Shown: positions 52,992-64,000 of the stretch, piece by piece
Layout: the number at the start of each line of letters is the position of its first letter
Position numbering within the stretch: the stretch's first letter is position 1
Assembly: GCF_009914755.1 (NCBI RefSeq)
Contig: NC_060938.1
Length of the DNA: 64,000 nt
Source: the human T2T-CHM13v2.0 reference genome, Homo sapiens
Strand: one strand, 5' to 3'
The notes under the pieces: generated by a model
Told to the model about the DNA's origin: nothing
Databases searched by the model: none
What the model saw: only the letters and a program-made list of their open reading frames with translations
Position numbers and translations under genes: made by a program

Positions 52992-53343
52992 TGTCTTAGT
53001 TTGTTCCTACTACTATAATAAAATATCTTAGACTGGGTAATTTATACACAACAGAAATTTATTGCTTACGTTTCTGAGGCAGGGAAGTCCAAGATCAAGA
53101 CACAAGATTCAGTGTCTTGTGAGGGCCCACTCCTCATAGATTTTTGCCTTCTATGTCCTCATGTGGTGAAGGAGCAAAGAAGCTCCCTCACACCTCTTTT
53201 ATAAAGCTGCTAATCCCATTCATGAGGGCATTGCCCTTATGATCTAATCTCCTCCTAATGGCTCCATCTCTTAATCATTTTGCATTTGGTAGTAGGTTTC
53301 AACATATCAATTTTGAGGGTATACAAATATCTAGACCACAGCA
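52992..53343 (-). mobile_element. MLT1A0/MST-type MaLR LTR
   Basis: tgtcttagtttgttc...agactgggtaattta...gaagtccaagatcaag...aatcccattcatgagggc...agaccacagca. Confidence 0.88.
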
Positions 53344-54379
53344 ATGAGTCTTTACAAAATGTCACCATATCAACAAGATTCCATTCGAGCCACTATTTTA
53401 AGCTCTATCAACAGAAGATCTGAGATTGTAGAAACAGAAATTTAAAGGGGAAATATTCCACCTGCCAGTAATCTCTGAAAAGAGGAGACTACATGGAGTC
53501 TCTATATATTTGAAAGCACAAAGAAAAAAAAAGCCAGTATGTCTCTTGGAAGTCATTTTTTTTTCTTTGAAACAATATGTATTTACAATTTCCTGAGGCT
53601 TTACATCAGAACAAGGCACTGGTTTTCTTACTCTATGGTTTGCAATTATGGGAAATAATGCTTCCACTACATAACATGCTGCCTGTTTCCTCTTAGCCAA
53701 CTTGGTGACAATGGCCGTCTCCACAGGTTACACATCAAAGGAGCATATATCAACAGTAGTTGGCTGGCTTACCAGATTTCTCTAACTTGTGTCATTTTAG
53801 AAAAGAAAAATGATTGCTAATAAGTTTGAATAGCTCAACCACACTGAGCAAAGCAAAATTTTAATCACGTGAAATCAGGAAAGCACTTACAACTTATCAA
53901 AATGCCTTAAATTTCTTCAATAATTTGCTTTAAAAGCTTTTATCCCTTCATCCAGCTTTCAAGCTCATGAAAGCCCTAAGCATGTATTTTCATGAACATA
54001 CAGGAAAGAGAATTCTCTCTCCAACCTCTCCTTTATTACTTTCTGCATTTGAGCTCACTTACTGACTTGAGAAAAGTAGCATTTTTAGAAAGTAGTTCTC
54101 AACAGGATTTGAGAATAAGAGTCAGATAAAAAAGCATCATTTCCACATTACCTCTGCCTGCTAACTTCACTCAATCCTCATTTTCAATAATCCAAGCTCT
54201 GGTAAAGGATGACTGTTTTGATTATTTGAGGATATAAGAATTGGGAATTGTGAACAATCAAGTTTTTATGGAAATATGTTCAAATATAGTCTTTTAAAAA
54301 GAATCAAATAATCTGGGGGATACACTTTAGAATGAACTTAGCTGAGTAACATGGAAAGAACATAGAAAGTTCTACCGTA

Positions 54380-54710
54380 TGAAATACGTACAGTGCATAT
54401 TCCCACTCTAAATCCTTATATTTTGTTGTCCCATTGATTTTGGACTTGGTCACATGACTTGTGTTGATAACCAGAACCTGAGCAGAGGTGACCATTTGCC
54501 AATTCAGAGTAAAGCCTTCTTTAGTAGGTATAAAACTCTTCTTCTCTTTTGCTTCTTCGTGGAAAGAACATGCCCCAGTGGCCAATGGTCCCAAAATGAA
54601 AACACAGGCGCAACAACCTGAATTTATGCAGGAAAGTAAATGTTTACCATTATAAGTCTCTGAAATTTTGTTGTTAGTTAGCGCTTTCTAGCATATAACC
54701 TGGCTAATAC
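54380..54710 (+). mobile_element. MLT1 (H/I/J-type) LTR
   Basis: cccattgattttggacttggtcacatgacttg...ataagtctctgaaatttt...ggctaataca. Confidence 0.65.
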
Positions 54711-54789
54711 ACACTGGGTTTCAAAAATTATTTTACATAGCTGTTTCCCTCATTCTGCCCAGTGCTGCATTCATTATTGTAGGTAAAGA

Positions 54790-54988
54790 AACAGCAGTTA
54801 AGCATGCAAGTTCTGAAATAAAATGGACCTTCAGTAAATTAACTTCTGCAAGCTTATTCAATTGTAAAACTGACATAATAATATTATCTATCTCATATTG
54901 TTATTGTTAGTGCCAAGTAAGATAACAGACTTAAAATTCTTAGTACAGTGTTTGATATACAGTAAAGATTCACTAAACATTAGCTATG
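54790..54988 (+). mobile_element. MIR
   Basis: ttgtaaaactgacataataatattatctatctcatattg...cttagtacagtgtttgatatacagtaa. Confidence 0.7.
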
Positions 54989-55909
54989 GTGTTGTTGTTT
55001 TTTCATTACTTATGTCTTAATTCCTGACACAGTATTATGGCACACACTGCTCTTAAAGGTCTAAGTAGGATATGAGACATAAAAGAGGGAGGAAGAAAGG
55101 AATGCTCTTCCAACGGCCAGTCCTCCATAATAGTGTCATGAAAATGGACCTCTATATTTCATTCAAGATTTTTCATAAAACATGCAACAGCAAAGATGGA
55201 ATCACAATCAATTCATGTTTTAAAAATGTGATGAGAATGGCTTTTACATGTGGCTGAATCTGATATTTACACTGAAATTATTTTCAGTCCTTTTGATGGA
55301 AATGTCTCAATTTATATGCTAAACCTTGCTTGTTCAGTGTACGGACTTTTTGGAAACCTAATCATCTTCGATGACTCCATGTCTTAGTTTCTTATTAATT
55401 TTTAGTGATTATAATATTTTGTATTTTCAATATAGAGTGTCAGCACTGATTCTAGAGCAAACATTATGGCTTCTACTTCTAAATCAAATCACATACAATC
55501 TTTTCCATTGTTTAGCTTAAATATCAAAGCAGGATGTATCGATGCTAGGCTTGTGCTACAGTGCTACATAACCATTATTCTACCCAGATAAATCAATCAA
55601 AGGAAGCAGCAGTTTTCCTTGGGGTTTGTTTATATTCTCAATAAAATTGTACTTTATTCATCAGTACTCTTTGATGATATAGAATTATTCAAAACATCTT
55701 CTCTTAATCCAGAATTAGTAACAACTTCAACCTCTTTGTCAGGTTCAACTCAGTCTCTCACTGCATAAGCTTCTAATTACCGCAAGTGAGCAAATGTACA
55801 TCTTATCGTGAATGCCACAGCACTCTCTTTGATGGGTAAATAACACCAAATTGTAAAAGCTTAAGATATTTCTTCTAAAGACAATCCAAATTATGATTTT
55901 GATTCATAA

Positions 55910-56200
55910 CTCATTAATTCAATCAAACTTTACTGGGAACACATAATGTATGGTTTTTGACACTGGAGAGAGATAAGTAAGCCAGACAGAAAAGGTCTCT
56001 ATTCTCACAGAGCTTGAGGTGAAACAGACAATGTGCAAGTAAATAAATGAGCAAGTGTAGTGTAATGCAGAGACTTAAGATAGAATGACGTGAGGGAGAA
56101 TGGCTAGATTAGACTGTATGGTCAGGAAGGACCTGTCTATCAGGAGATGAGATTAAAGCTGAGCTCTGAATGACAAGAAGCAGCTAGCCAGTGAGAACAG
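55910..56200 (-). mobile_element. L2 3' fragment
   Basis: tcattaattcaatcaaactttactg...ctcacagagctt...ggtcaggaaggacc...gagctctgaatgacaagaag. Confidence 0.75.
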
Positions 56201-57369
56201 AGAACTTTGCAACTCCTGATTTAAATGGCAATATGAGCCTTTGATTCACCTTGACAATTCTCATTAAAAGCATTTAATTGATTTCTCATTTATTTTCAGA
56301 GACTTTCAGCTGTCAGACTTTGGGATGTTGAATAATCAAGATTTTCTTGAAATATATTTCAAATACGTATGTTGAGTTCTCTCAACCTTGAAAAATTGAT
56401 AAATATCTTAACACCCAGCAATAAAGCTAATTATCTGCCTTTAACTTTCTGGAGGATGGAGAAAATGATAAATTTTACATTATGTCTGTTTATTAATAAC
56501 TACCTGTTCTTTATTTAAATCTCTGTATTTGGATCTTGGATTAAAATCATCTAAAACTCCTTCTGTCTTCAGGCTGGAATCTGGTCCCCAGATGATATGT
56601 GATTACTTTTAAAGACAACTTCTTTATTAGCTGTCTTTAGAATTTGAAATGATTACCTTATGTGTAAACAGCATTTTCTCCGAAGAGCTTAGTCGTCCCT
56701 TTAGTCTTTTATTTTTAATTACTTTAAATCCACATAATCCTCAACACATTTTAGTTATGTAAAGGGAAGACAATCTTATCCCTACTGTGCTAATGCGTAA
56801 ACTGAGGCACTAGGCAATTAAGTTACTTATTCTGATTACTCTATCTCCTGCATTTTCACGGTCACAAAGTGTCTGGTAAAAAGTAAGCACCTAGCCAGTT
56901 ATCCCTCTGATGACAATATATTTGAGAAACTTGTAAATGTTTATTTAAATAATAAAATCATCCATATTTTATAAAACGCTTTAATTTTTAATTCAGTGAT
57001 TCCATGAAATTTGTTAATATTTCACTCACCCATTGAACAAGCATTTACTATGTACCTTCTATTATCTGCACATTGTGCTAGGTACTGAGGATACAAATGT
57101 GAATCAAATGTGTTCTCTTCTGGCAATCAAGTCACTGATTTTTTTAATGTAATATGTTATACAATGTAAAACATGATCACACTTGTGAATAACTATCTGT
57201 TTGCTACAGATTAACCTTAAATCTGAGAACATGATGGTTGTTCAATCAATACTTGATGACTGATTATATTTTGTTATGTAGATATAATTTAAGTAGCAGA
57301 ACCATAAATAAGACAGAGCTTTATGTAGAGAAAAGCACTGTTCTGTCGTTGTAGTACAGATAACCAAAT

Positions 57370-58050
57370 TTCATATTTCTTAAATATCTTAAAAACTCTC
57401 ATACGCATCCTTTCCATTCCTTCTGCTATGGCACTGATTCAGAAATTTAGAGCCTCCTGCCTGGATTATCACAAAATCTCCTAAATCTCCCCTATTGCAT
57501 AAATCAAAATCATCCTCCATTTTTAAAGGTTTATCTTCTTATGCCATCTTTGTGAATATCCAATCTTCAGTGATTTCTTTTTCCCTACTAATAAAATTCA
57601 AACTTCTTATAATCCCATAGAAGTTCCTCCATGAATTAATCATTGCCTACATCCCATTAATACCCCACAACTCAGCCAAGTTGTTACAGTTTCCATAACA
57701 CTCATTTTGTTTCATGGCTTCATACCCTTCCCACTTGCTCCCTGTCCTTAGAATGCCTTCCTCTTCAACCTGAATGGTACACATTTATTCATATCAGGAT
57801 GACACTCAATGAAGCTTTTTCTGAATCCCACTTCCCCATTCAAGCAAAACTTTATTTCCTACTTAATGTTCCTTATAACAGTTAATATCAACTTAAGTTG
57901 TAATGCCCAGACTCTAACATACTTTTAGAAACATATATGCATACAGGAGTGTCTATTCCTGGTTGAATATAATTTGCTAAGGTTTACAGTCTTAACTGTT
58001 TATTCCAAATAGGTAATTTGGCACTAAATGAAAATATATTGAGTGACTAT
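57370..58050 (+). mobile_element. L2 fragment
   Basis: ctcctgcctggattatcac...ataaaattcaaactt...agaatgccttcc...gaagctttttctga. Confidence 0.65.
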
Positions 58051-58194
58051 TTGAAAGACAGTATAGAGGTCCTGTAGGAAACAAAAATATATGTAAAATA
58101 GGATGGCTGCCTTTTCCCCAACTCTCCAGATGTTGGTTCACCCAATAGCTTCTCTGCAGCATTAGCACCACTCAGCTTCCAGAATAATGATGGG

Positions 58195-58395
58195 TTACCA
58201 CAGAACTTGTACTTTATGTTTAAGATCCTGCTTCTACTGATAACAACAAAAAAACTTGAGCAAATTACTGATCTCTAACCCCAGTTTTCTTATCTATAAA
58301 ATTGAGTAATAACAATACACATTTCGGAAAGTGCTATAAGGATTAAATGAGAATACAAACACAGGGCTTATAAGAAAGTATGGCGTACGGTAATG
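58195..58395 (+). mobile_element. MIR
   Basis: acttgagcaaattactgatctctaaccccagttttcttatctataaaattga...taaggattaaatgaga. Confidence 0.8.
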
Positions 58396-58416
58396 CGCAG
58401 GAAAGAGAGATATTGA

Positions 58417-58930
58417 CAGTTAAGAGTCTCTCAGGTGCAACTGATTACTCAATGTAAGCCAACAGAAGCCAAAAGGAGAGTGATTCACCGGCTCCCATAA
58501 CTAGGAAGTATAAGGCATCTAATAGGCTGCCATAATTTCTTAATTCTCTTTCACTTTCAGACTCGATCTACCCATCTCCCTCTCTCTACCTATTCCCCTT
58601 TCATCCTTCCCTTATACATAAATATATTTTCCTAATATTCCTATGTACATTTTTTCCAATTGTCTTCCACTGTGTATCACCTTCCTCAGTCCGGGAGCTC
58701 TCAGCTTACACATCATTCAATCTTAGCAAAACAAGAGGCAAGAAACATTTTCTTCCTTCATCTCAGTATATACAGTCTCTGGGAAGGCCTCTGACTGGTC
58801 AGCTCTGAAGCAATTATTGCAGATGGGAGGAGAAGTAACTACAACTTGTTCAACCTAGGTCACATGTTTACTCCTGAGTTCTGGAGGCTGATGTCTGTTA
58901 CCAGAACGGGAAAGGAGGTATATTGGACAG
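58417..58930 (-). mobile_element. Old MLT1-type LTR
   Basis: gggaaggcctctgactggtcagc and caacctaggtcacatgtttactcctga. Confidence 0.5.
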
Positions 58931-59229
58931 ATGTAAATAGTATTTATTATTTTATTCTTCTCAATAATATCTCCATTTCCCACTTGGTCTTAGTTAAATT
59001 AAGCTTGTTTCAATGATTCATTTTAATTGACTACTCCCTAAAGAATTGGTGTATAGCATTAACCGTCAACACGAGACTGCACTTAATACTACTACTACCA
59101 TAACCCTGACCAACAACACAATGTCTTCACACTCTACCTGACCACCTATGTTAGTCAATGAGATTTAGTTTGTCATTCTGATTGTTCTGTAATGTCTTCA
59201 CTCATGGTTCCTGTTTCAGTGGTATCTAA

Positions 59230-59682
59230 AACTTTTTTTATTCAGATGCAGACCCAAAATACTGGGATTTGAGTATAGCTGAGTCTTTGCTAGGATGATC
59301 TTAGAAAGCTTAGAATAAAATAAAGCAAGACAATGAATGCAAGTCAGCCAACATGATAGGCATCAAAGAACAGGTTATATCTGCAGACATCAGGACTCAA
59401 GTCCACTGGGCACATCTGGGAAATGGTCTACCACTCTTCCCAGAGTTGTTGTTTCCAAAGAATAGAAAATCAGGGAATATTTATCCTCCAGCATTCATTT
59501 GGCAGTGGTTGAGGGCAGCTCTAGGGTATGTCTGTCCCCAAGCATTTCCTCACACCCACCCTCCATGAGGGTTGAAAGAAAGCCCTTCAAAAGCCAAAGT
59601 CACAGAAGCTTGCAGGAGGACAGCAACATAAGGAAATTGAGTACCTAGCAGACATGGGCTGAACCACACAAAATCATCTATA
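59230..59682 (-). mobile_element. LTR16-like ERVL LTR
   Basis: cagatgcagaccc...ggatttgagta...ggaatatttatcctccagc...tggttgagggc...gaaagccct. Confidence 0.65.
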
Positions 59683-59914
59683 AGTGGTCTCCACATGCTT
59701 TGCTCTGTCCAAGCACTCTTTCATCATGAACATCTGTCCCTGTTTCCAGTGATGTTCAAACTTCCTTAGTAGTCATTGTCCATTGCATTGTCTTTCTTTC
59801 AGAGGTCAGTACCTTAGACTTAACTACAAATAGCTATTAATTCTTGGATTTTTTTAGTTTTGGTCACGCAGCTGAATTTATGCTATGTGCTCCTACAATA
59901 ATGAAGGCATCAGG

Positions 59915-60170
59915 ACCAGAAAATCAAACACTGCCTGTTCTCACTTACAAATGGAAGCTAAATAATGAGAACACAGGGACACATAGAAGGTAACAAAATA
60001 CGCTGGGGCCTATCAGAGGTTGGAGGGGATGAGGAAAAATAACAAATGGGTACTAGGCTTAATACCTGGGTGAGGAAATAATCTGTACAAAAACGACCCA
60101 TTTCACAAGTTTACCTACGAAACAACCTGCACGTGTACCCCAGAACTTAAAATAAAACTTAAAATAAAAA
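59915..60170 (+). mobile_element. L1PA13-15-type 3' end fragment
   Basis: gaggaaaaataacaaatgggtactaggcttaatacctgggtga...aataatctgtaca. Confidence 0.88.
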
Positions 60171-61084
60171 CCTGAGATATTTTTGGAATATATATTTATT
60201 ACTTTTTTTAAAAAAAGTAATAAACATATTCATGTTAAAATTGAAAAAATATATATAATGAGGGCATCTAGCTATTCCTGTTGGCTTCACTGTGCCATTT
60301 ATACACCCTTGAACTGTCTATTTTATCTGACACTGTGTCTCCCAAAAATGCACTTCTTGTTGTTAGGGAGGTCACTGGCTACAAGAGAATATGAGTAAAC
60401 AAATTATTTTATGTTCCTACTTAGATATCTCTTCTATAAAGAAGTCTTTCATAACAACCCGAGTCATGTTGAGGTAGCACTCCTAAGTTATGGAAATACT
60501 TGCATGTTTCTGTTCAAAGTATTCATTGCCCTGAATTTTATTTTTTAACATATTTTTAATAACAGCTCTACTCAGATACAATCTGCAAGCCATAAACTTC
60601 ACAATTTTGTGTACAATTCAGGAGTCTTTGTTTAGTATATTCGCAGAATTCTGCATCCATTGCCACAATCTAATTCCAGAATGTTTTCATCATCCCAAAA
60701 GAAACTCCATACTCAATAACAATCTCTTTCCATTTCTCTTGCCACCCATTAGACACTCCTTGCACCTCTTATCTACTGTCTTTTCCTATGAATTTGCCTA
60801 TTCCAAACATTTCATATAAATGAATTCATATAAGAAATGCCATTTATGTCTGGTTTCTTTCACTTAACGTGTTTTCAAGGTTCATCCATATTGTGGCATA
60901 TATTATTACTGCATTTCTTTCTATTACTGAATAATATTCAATTATATAAATGGCCCATATTTTATTTATCTACTTATAGGTGGATGAACATTTTGTTGTT
61001 TCTACATTTGAAGTATTATGAATAATGCTGTCATGAACAGTCATATACAAATTTTGTGTAAAACTATATTTTCAAATCTCTTGG

Positions 61085-61104
61085 AGATAGATAGATATAT
61101 ATAG

Positions 61105-61141
<37 letters not shown>
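61085..61141. repeat. (GATA)/(TA)/(CA) compound microsatellite
   Basis: Directly visible. Confidence 0.9.
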
Positions 61142-61603
61142 AATTGGTGGCTCATAAGTAATTTAATGATTAACATTTTGAAAAACCACTGTTTTCCAAA
61201 ATGGCCAAAACATTTTATATTTCTACCAACAATGTATGAGGGTATCAATTTCTAACATCCTTGTCAACATTGCTATTGTTCATCATTTTCATTACAGTCA
61301 TCCTAGTGCATGAATTGCATGTCCTTAATGAACAATAATGTTGGATATCTTTCCATATGCCTATTAACAATCTGTGTATCTTCCTTGAAGAAGATAGTCA
61401 AATTCTTTGGCCATTTTTTAATTGAGTAATTTATCTTTTTCTTGTTGAGTTTTAAAGTTCTTTATATTTTCTACATGTGAGTCCCTCATCAGATAATGAT
61501 TTTCAAATATTTGCTCCCATTTTTGAAGTTGTCCTTTCACTCGCTTGATGTTGTCCTTTGAAGCACAAATGGTTCAATTCTAATGAAGTCCAATTTATCT
61601 ATA

Positions 61604-62050
61604 TATATTAGGTTTCTATTGTTGCTGTAATAAATTACCACAAACCTAATGGCTGAAACTAATACAGAATTATCATATTACAGTTCTAGGCAAAATGGAT
61701 CTCACTCAAATTTGGCAGGACTGCATGACTTCTGGAGGCTCTAGGAAAGTATCTGTTTCCTTGTCCATTCAGCTCTAGAGGCTGCATGTATTGGCTTTTG
61801 GCCCTGCATCATTCCACCCTCTGGTTCCATCTTTACATTTCCTCCTCTGATTACAACTCTCCTGCCTTGTTTTTTCTCTTGTAATCTTGAGGTTACATTG
61901 GGCTCACCTAGATAATCAAGGATTATCTCCCCATGTTGAGATCCCTAACTTAATCACATCCACAAAGTCCCTTTTATCATGTAAGATAATTGCAGGCTTT
62001 GAAGATTCAAATGTCGACATCTTTGTGGGGCAGTTATTTTAACAATCACA
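61604..62050 (-). mobile_element. MLT1C/D LTR inside L1MB
   Basis: gctgtaataaattaccacaaac...ttctggaggctctagg...acattgggctcacctagataatc...aacttaatcacatc. Confidence 0.85.
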
Positions 62051-63435
62051 CTCTATTTTTTCTTTTGTCACTTATGCTTTTGATGTCGTTTCTAAGAAAT
62101 CATTGCCTAACCTAAACTCATGAAGATTTAGGCCTACATTTTCTTCTAAAAGTTGTATAGTTTTAGTTCTTACATTTAGGTCTATAATTCATTTGGCATT
62201 AATTTCTGCATATGGTGTAAAGGACAAGTCCAATGTCATTCTTTTGCATGTGCACATCCATTTGTCCCAGTACCATTATTAGTTCAGAAGACTGCTTTTC
62301 TCATAGAATTGTCTTAGCACCCTTATGAAAAATCAACTTACCAAAAATATGAGTTTATTGCCAGACTCTAATCCATTGATCTATGCTACATATCATATCA
62401 CATTTTCTTGATTACTGCAGTTTTGTAGTAAGTTTTTATATCAGGTCACATGAATCCTCCAAATTTGTTAGTCTTTTGCAACACTGTTTTAGGTATTCTG
62501 GGTCCTTCAAATTTTCATTTGAGTTTTTGAATTAGCTTGTTAATTTCTGCAAAAAAGGCAGAGGGGGTTTTGATGTAGATTGTATGGAAGCTATAGATTA
62601 ATTTGAGAATTACTGTCATCTTAATAAGAGTAAGTCTTCCAATCCACGAACACGAGATATTTTTCTATGTATTTAGGTATTCTTTAACTTCTTTCAATAA
62701 TATTTTGTAGTTTTCAGTGTACAAATCTTGCACTTTTGTGAGATTTACTCTTAAGTACTTTATTCTTTTTTCATGGTGTTATAAATGCAATTGCTTTCTT
62801 AATACCATTTTTGGATTGTTCATTTGCCAGTGTATAAAAACATGAGTGATTTTTGTGTATTGATCTTGTACCCTACAAACTTAATGAACTAGTTTATTAG
62901 TTCTAATTTTGTGTGTGTGTATTTGTGTGTGTGTGCGTGTGTGTATTCCTTACGGTTTTCTATAAACAAAAGCATGTTGTCTATTTACAGAGATAGCTTT
63001 ACTTCTTCCTTTCCAATCTAGATACCATTTCTTTCTTTCTTTTATTTGCTTAACTGCTCTAGCCACACCCTACAGTATAATGTTAACCAGAAGTAGTAGG
63101 AGCAGATACCACTTTTTATTTTAATTGTAAAAAGCAAAACATAAAAAATGCCAAAAGAAAGATGCAATTAGACATTTCAGGAGATGTAGTTATCACTTAT
63201 TAGTAGAAATAAAAGACCATGGCCTAGATCCCTAAGGATGAGTTGGAATTTGACAAAGTAAGACACATTCAAGGTAGAGGGAAAGGTGTAAAAAAATACA
63301 TTTAGAAAGAAAATACAGGGCATGATTATGAATACTAGGTACAATTTTTACAGATCAGAAAAATTGGAGGTCTGTCTTCATTTTATTAAATTTAATTATT
63401 AAAATACCAAGAATATAATATAGATTGTTTAAGTC

Positions 63436-63672
63436 AAGATATCTGATAGCACTACAGGGTAACTACAGTCAACAATAATTTATTGTACATTTTAAAATAA
63501 CTAAAAGATTATAATTGGATTGTTTGTAACAAAAACAAAGGATAAATGCTTGAGATGATGGCTGATGTGATTATTGTACATTGTATGCCTGTATTGAAAT
63601 ATCTCATGTACCCCATAAATATACAAGCCTACTATGTAACCACAAAAATTTTTCTGAATAGAATAAAATAAA
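63436..63672 (+). mobile_element. L1MA-type 3' end fragment
   Basis: gtcaacaataatttattgtacattttaaaataactaaaaga...ctcatgtaccccataaatata. Confidence 0.85.
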
Positions 63673-64000
63673 GAAAATTTCATAAGCAGTATTTCAGGAG
63701 AATTATATTAGCACTGCATTAAACAATATTTTCCAGTATGTTCACTGATCAACCACAGTCAGAAGGATAATTTTCCATTGACTTCACAAAGTAACATTTT
63801 CTAAATTTGATGACTAATCAACAAATAATGATGAATTGTTAGAAAAAAAAAGTCAATTTAACCCAATTACAGCCTAACTCTGGAACAGGACAGGACATTT
63901 CACCTTTAAACTGGCAATGAATAGAACTTTGATAAGTCAAAAGAAATGATTCTAGTCTATGGAATCTTATAACATTTTAGTACCAGCTTTACAAAGGAGA

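Larger units (their letters stand above)
60545..63110 (-). mobile_element. L1MB-type fragment interrupted by MLT1
   Basis: ccagaatgttttcatcatcccaaaagaaactcc (L1MB 3' UTR in reverse) continuing into ORF2-antisense sequence. Confidence 0.85.

Noticed and set aside
53398-53724. 108-aa minus-strand ORF in non-repeat DNA
   Set aside because: The start is GTG rather than ATG, there is no recognisable homology, and I see no convincing splice context; compatible with chance.

Overview
This is AT-rich, CpG-depleted primate genomic DNA, most likely human or another ape given the AluY/AluYe, L1PA2-4 and MER11D copies. It reads as intergenic or deep-intronic sequence. I see no CpG island, no recognisable host protein-coding exon, and no intact rRNA, tRNA or snRNA gene. 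The long ORFs in the track are L1 ORF2/ORF1 remnants, Alu- or microsatellite-derived frames, or chance frames. Much of the window is transposable element: about 10 Alus or Alu fragments, a near full-length old L1PA15/16-like element (31.9-39.8 kb, minus strand) carrying nested AluS, AluY and THE1 insertions, several 5'-truncated L1s, LTRs (MER11D, THE1, LTR41, MLT1, LTR16), L2/MIR relics and two small DNA-transposon MITEs (piggyBac MER75A, mariner MADE1). The items most worth following up are a polarised 16-bp VNTR containing CCCTAA, a CTCF motif carried by LTR41, a MER11D solo LTR, a 35-bp Alu stub with a perfect TSD, a 70-bp perfect palindromic compound microsatellite, motif clusters suggesting enhancers, and several plus-strand exon-like segments that might belong to a lncRNA or small-ORF transcript. 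I did not find convincing evidence of a wholly new biological system. Subfamily names come from recalled consensus sequences and need RepeatMasker/Dfam confirmation. Boundaries of old elements are approximate.
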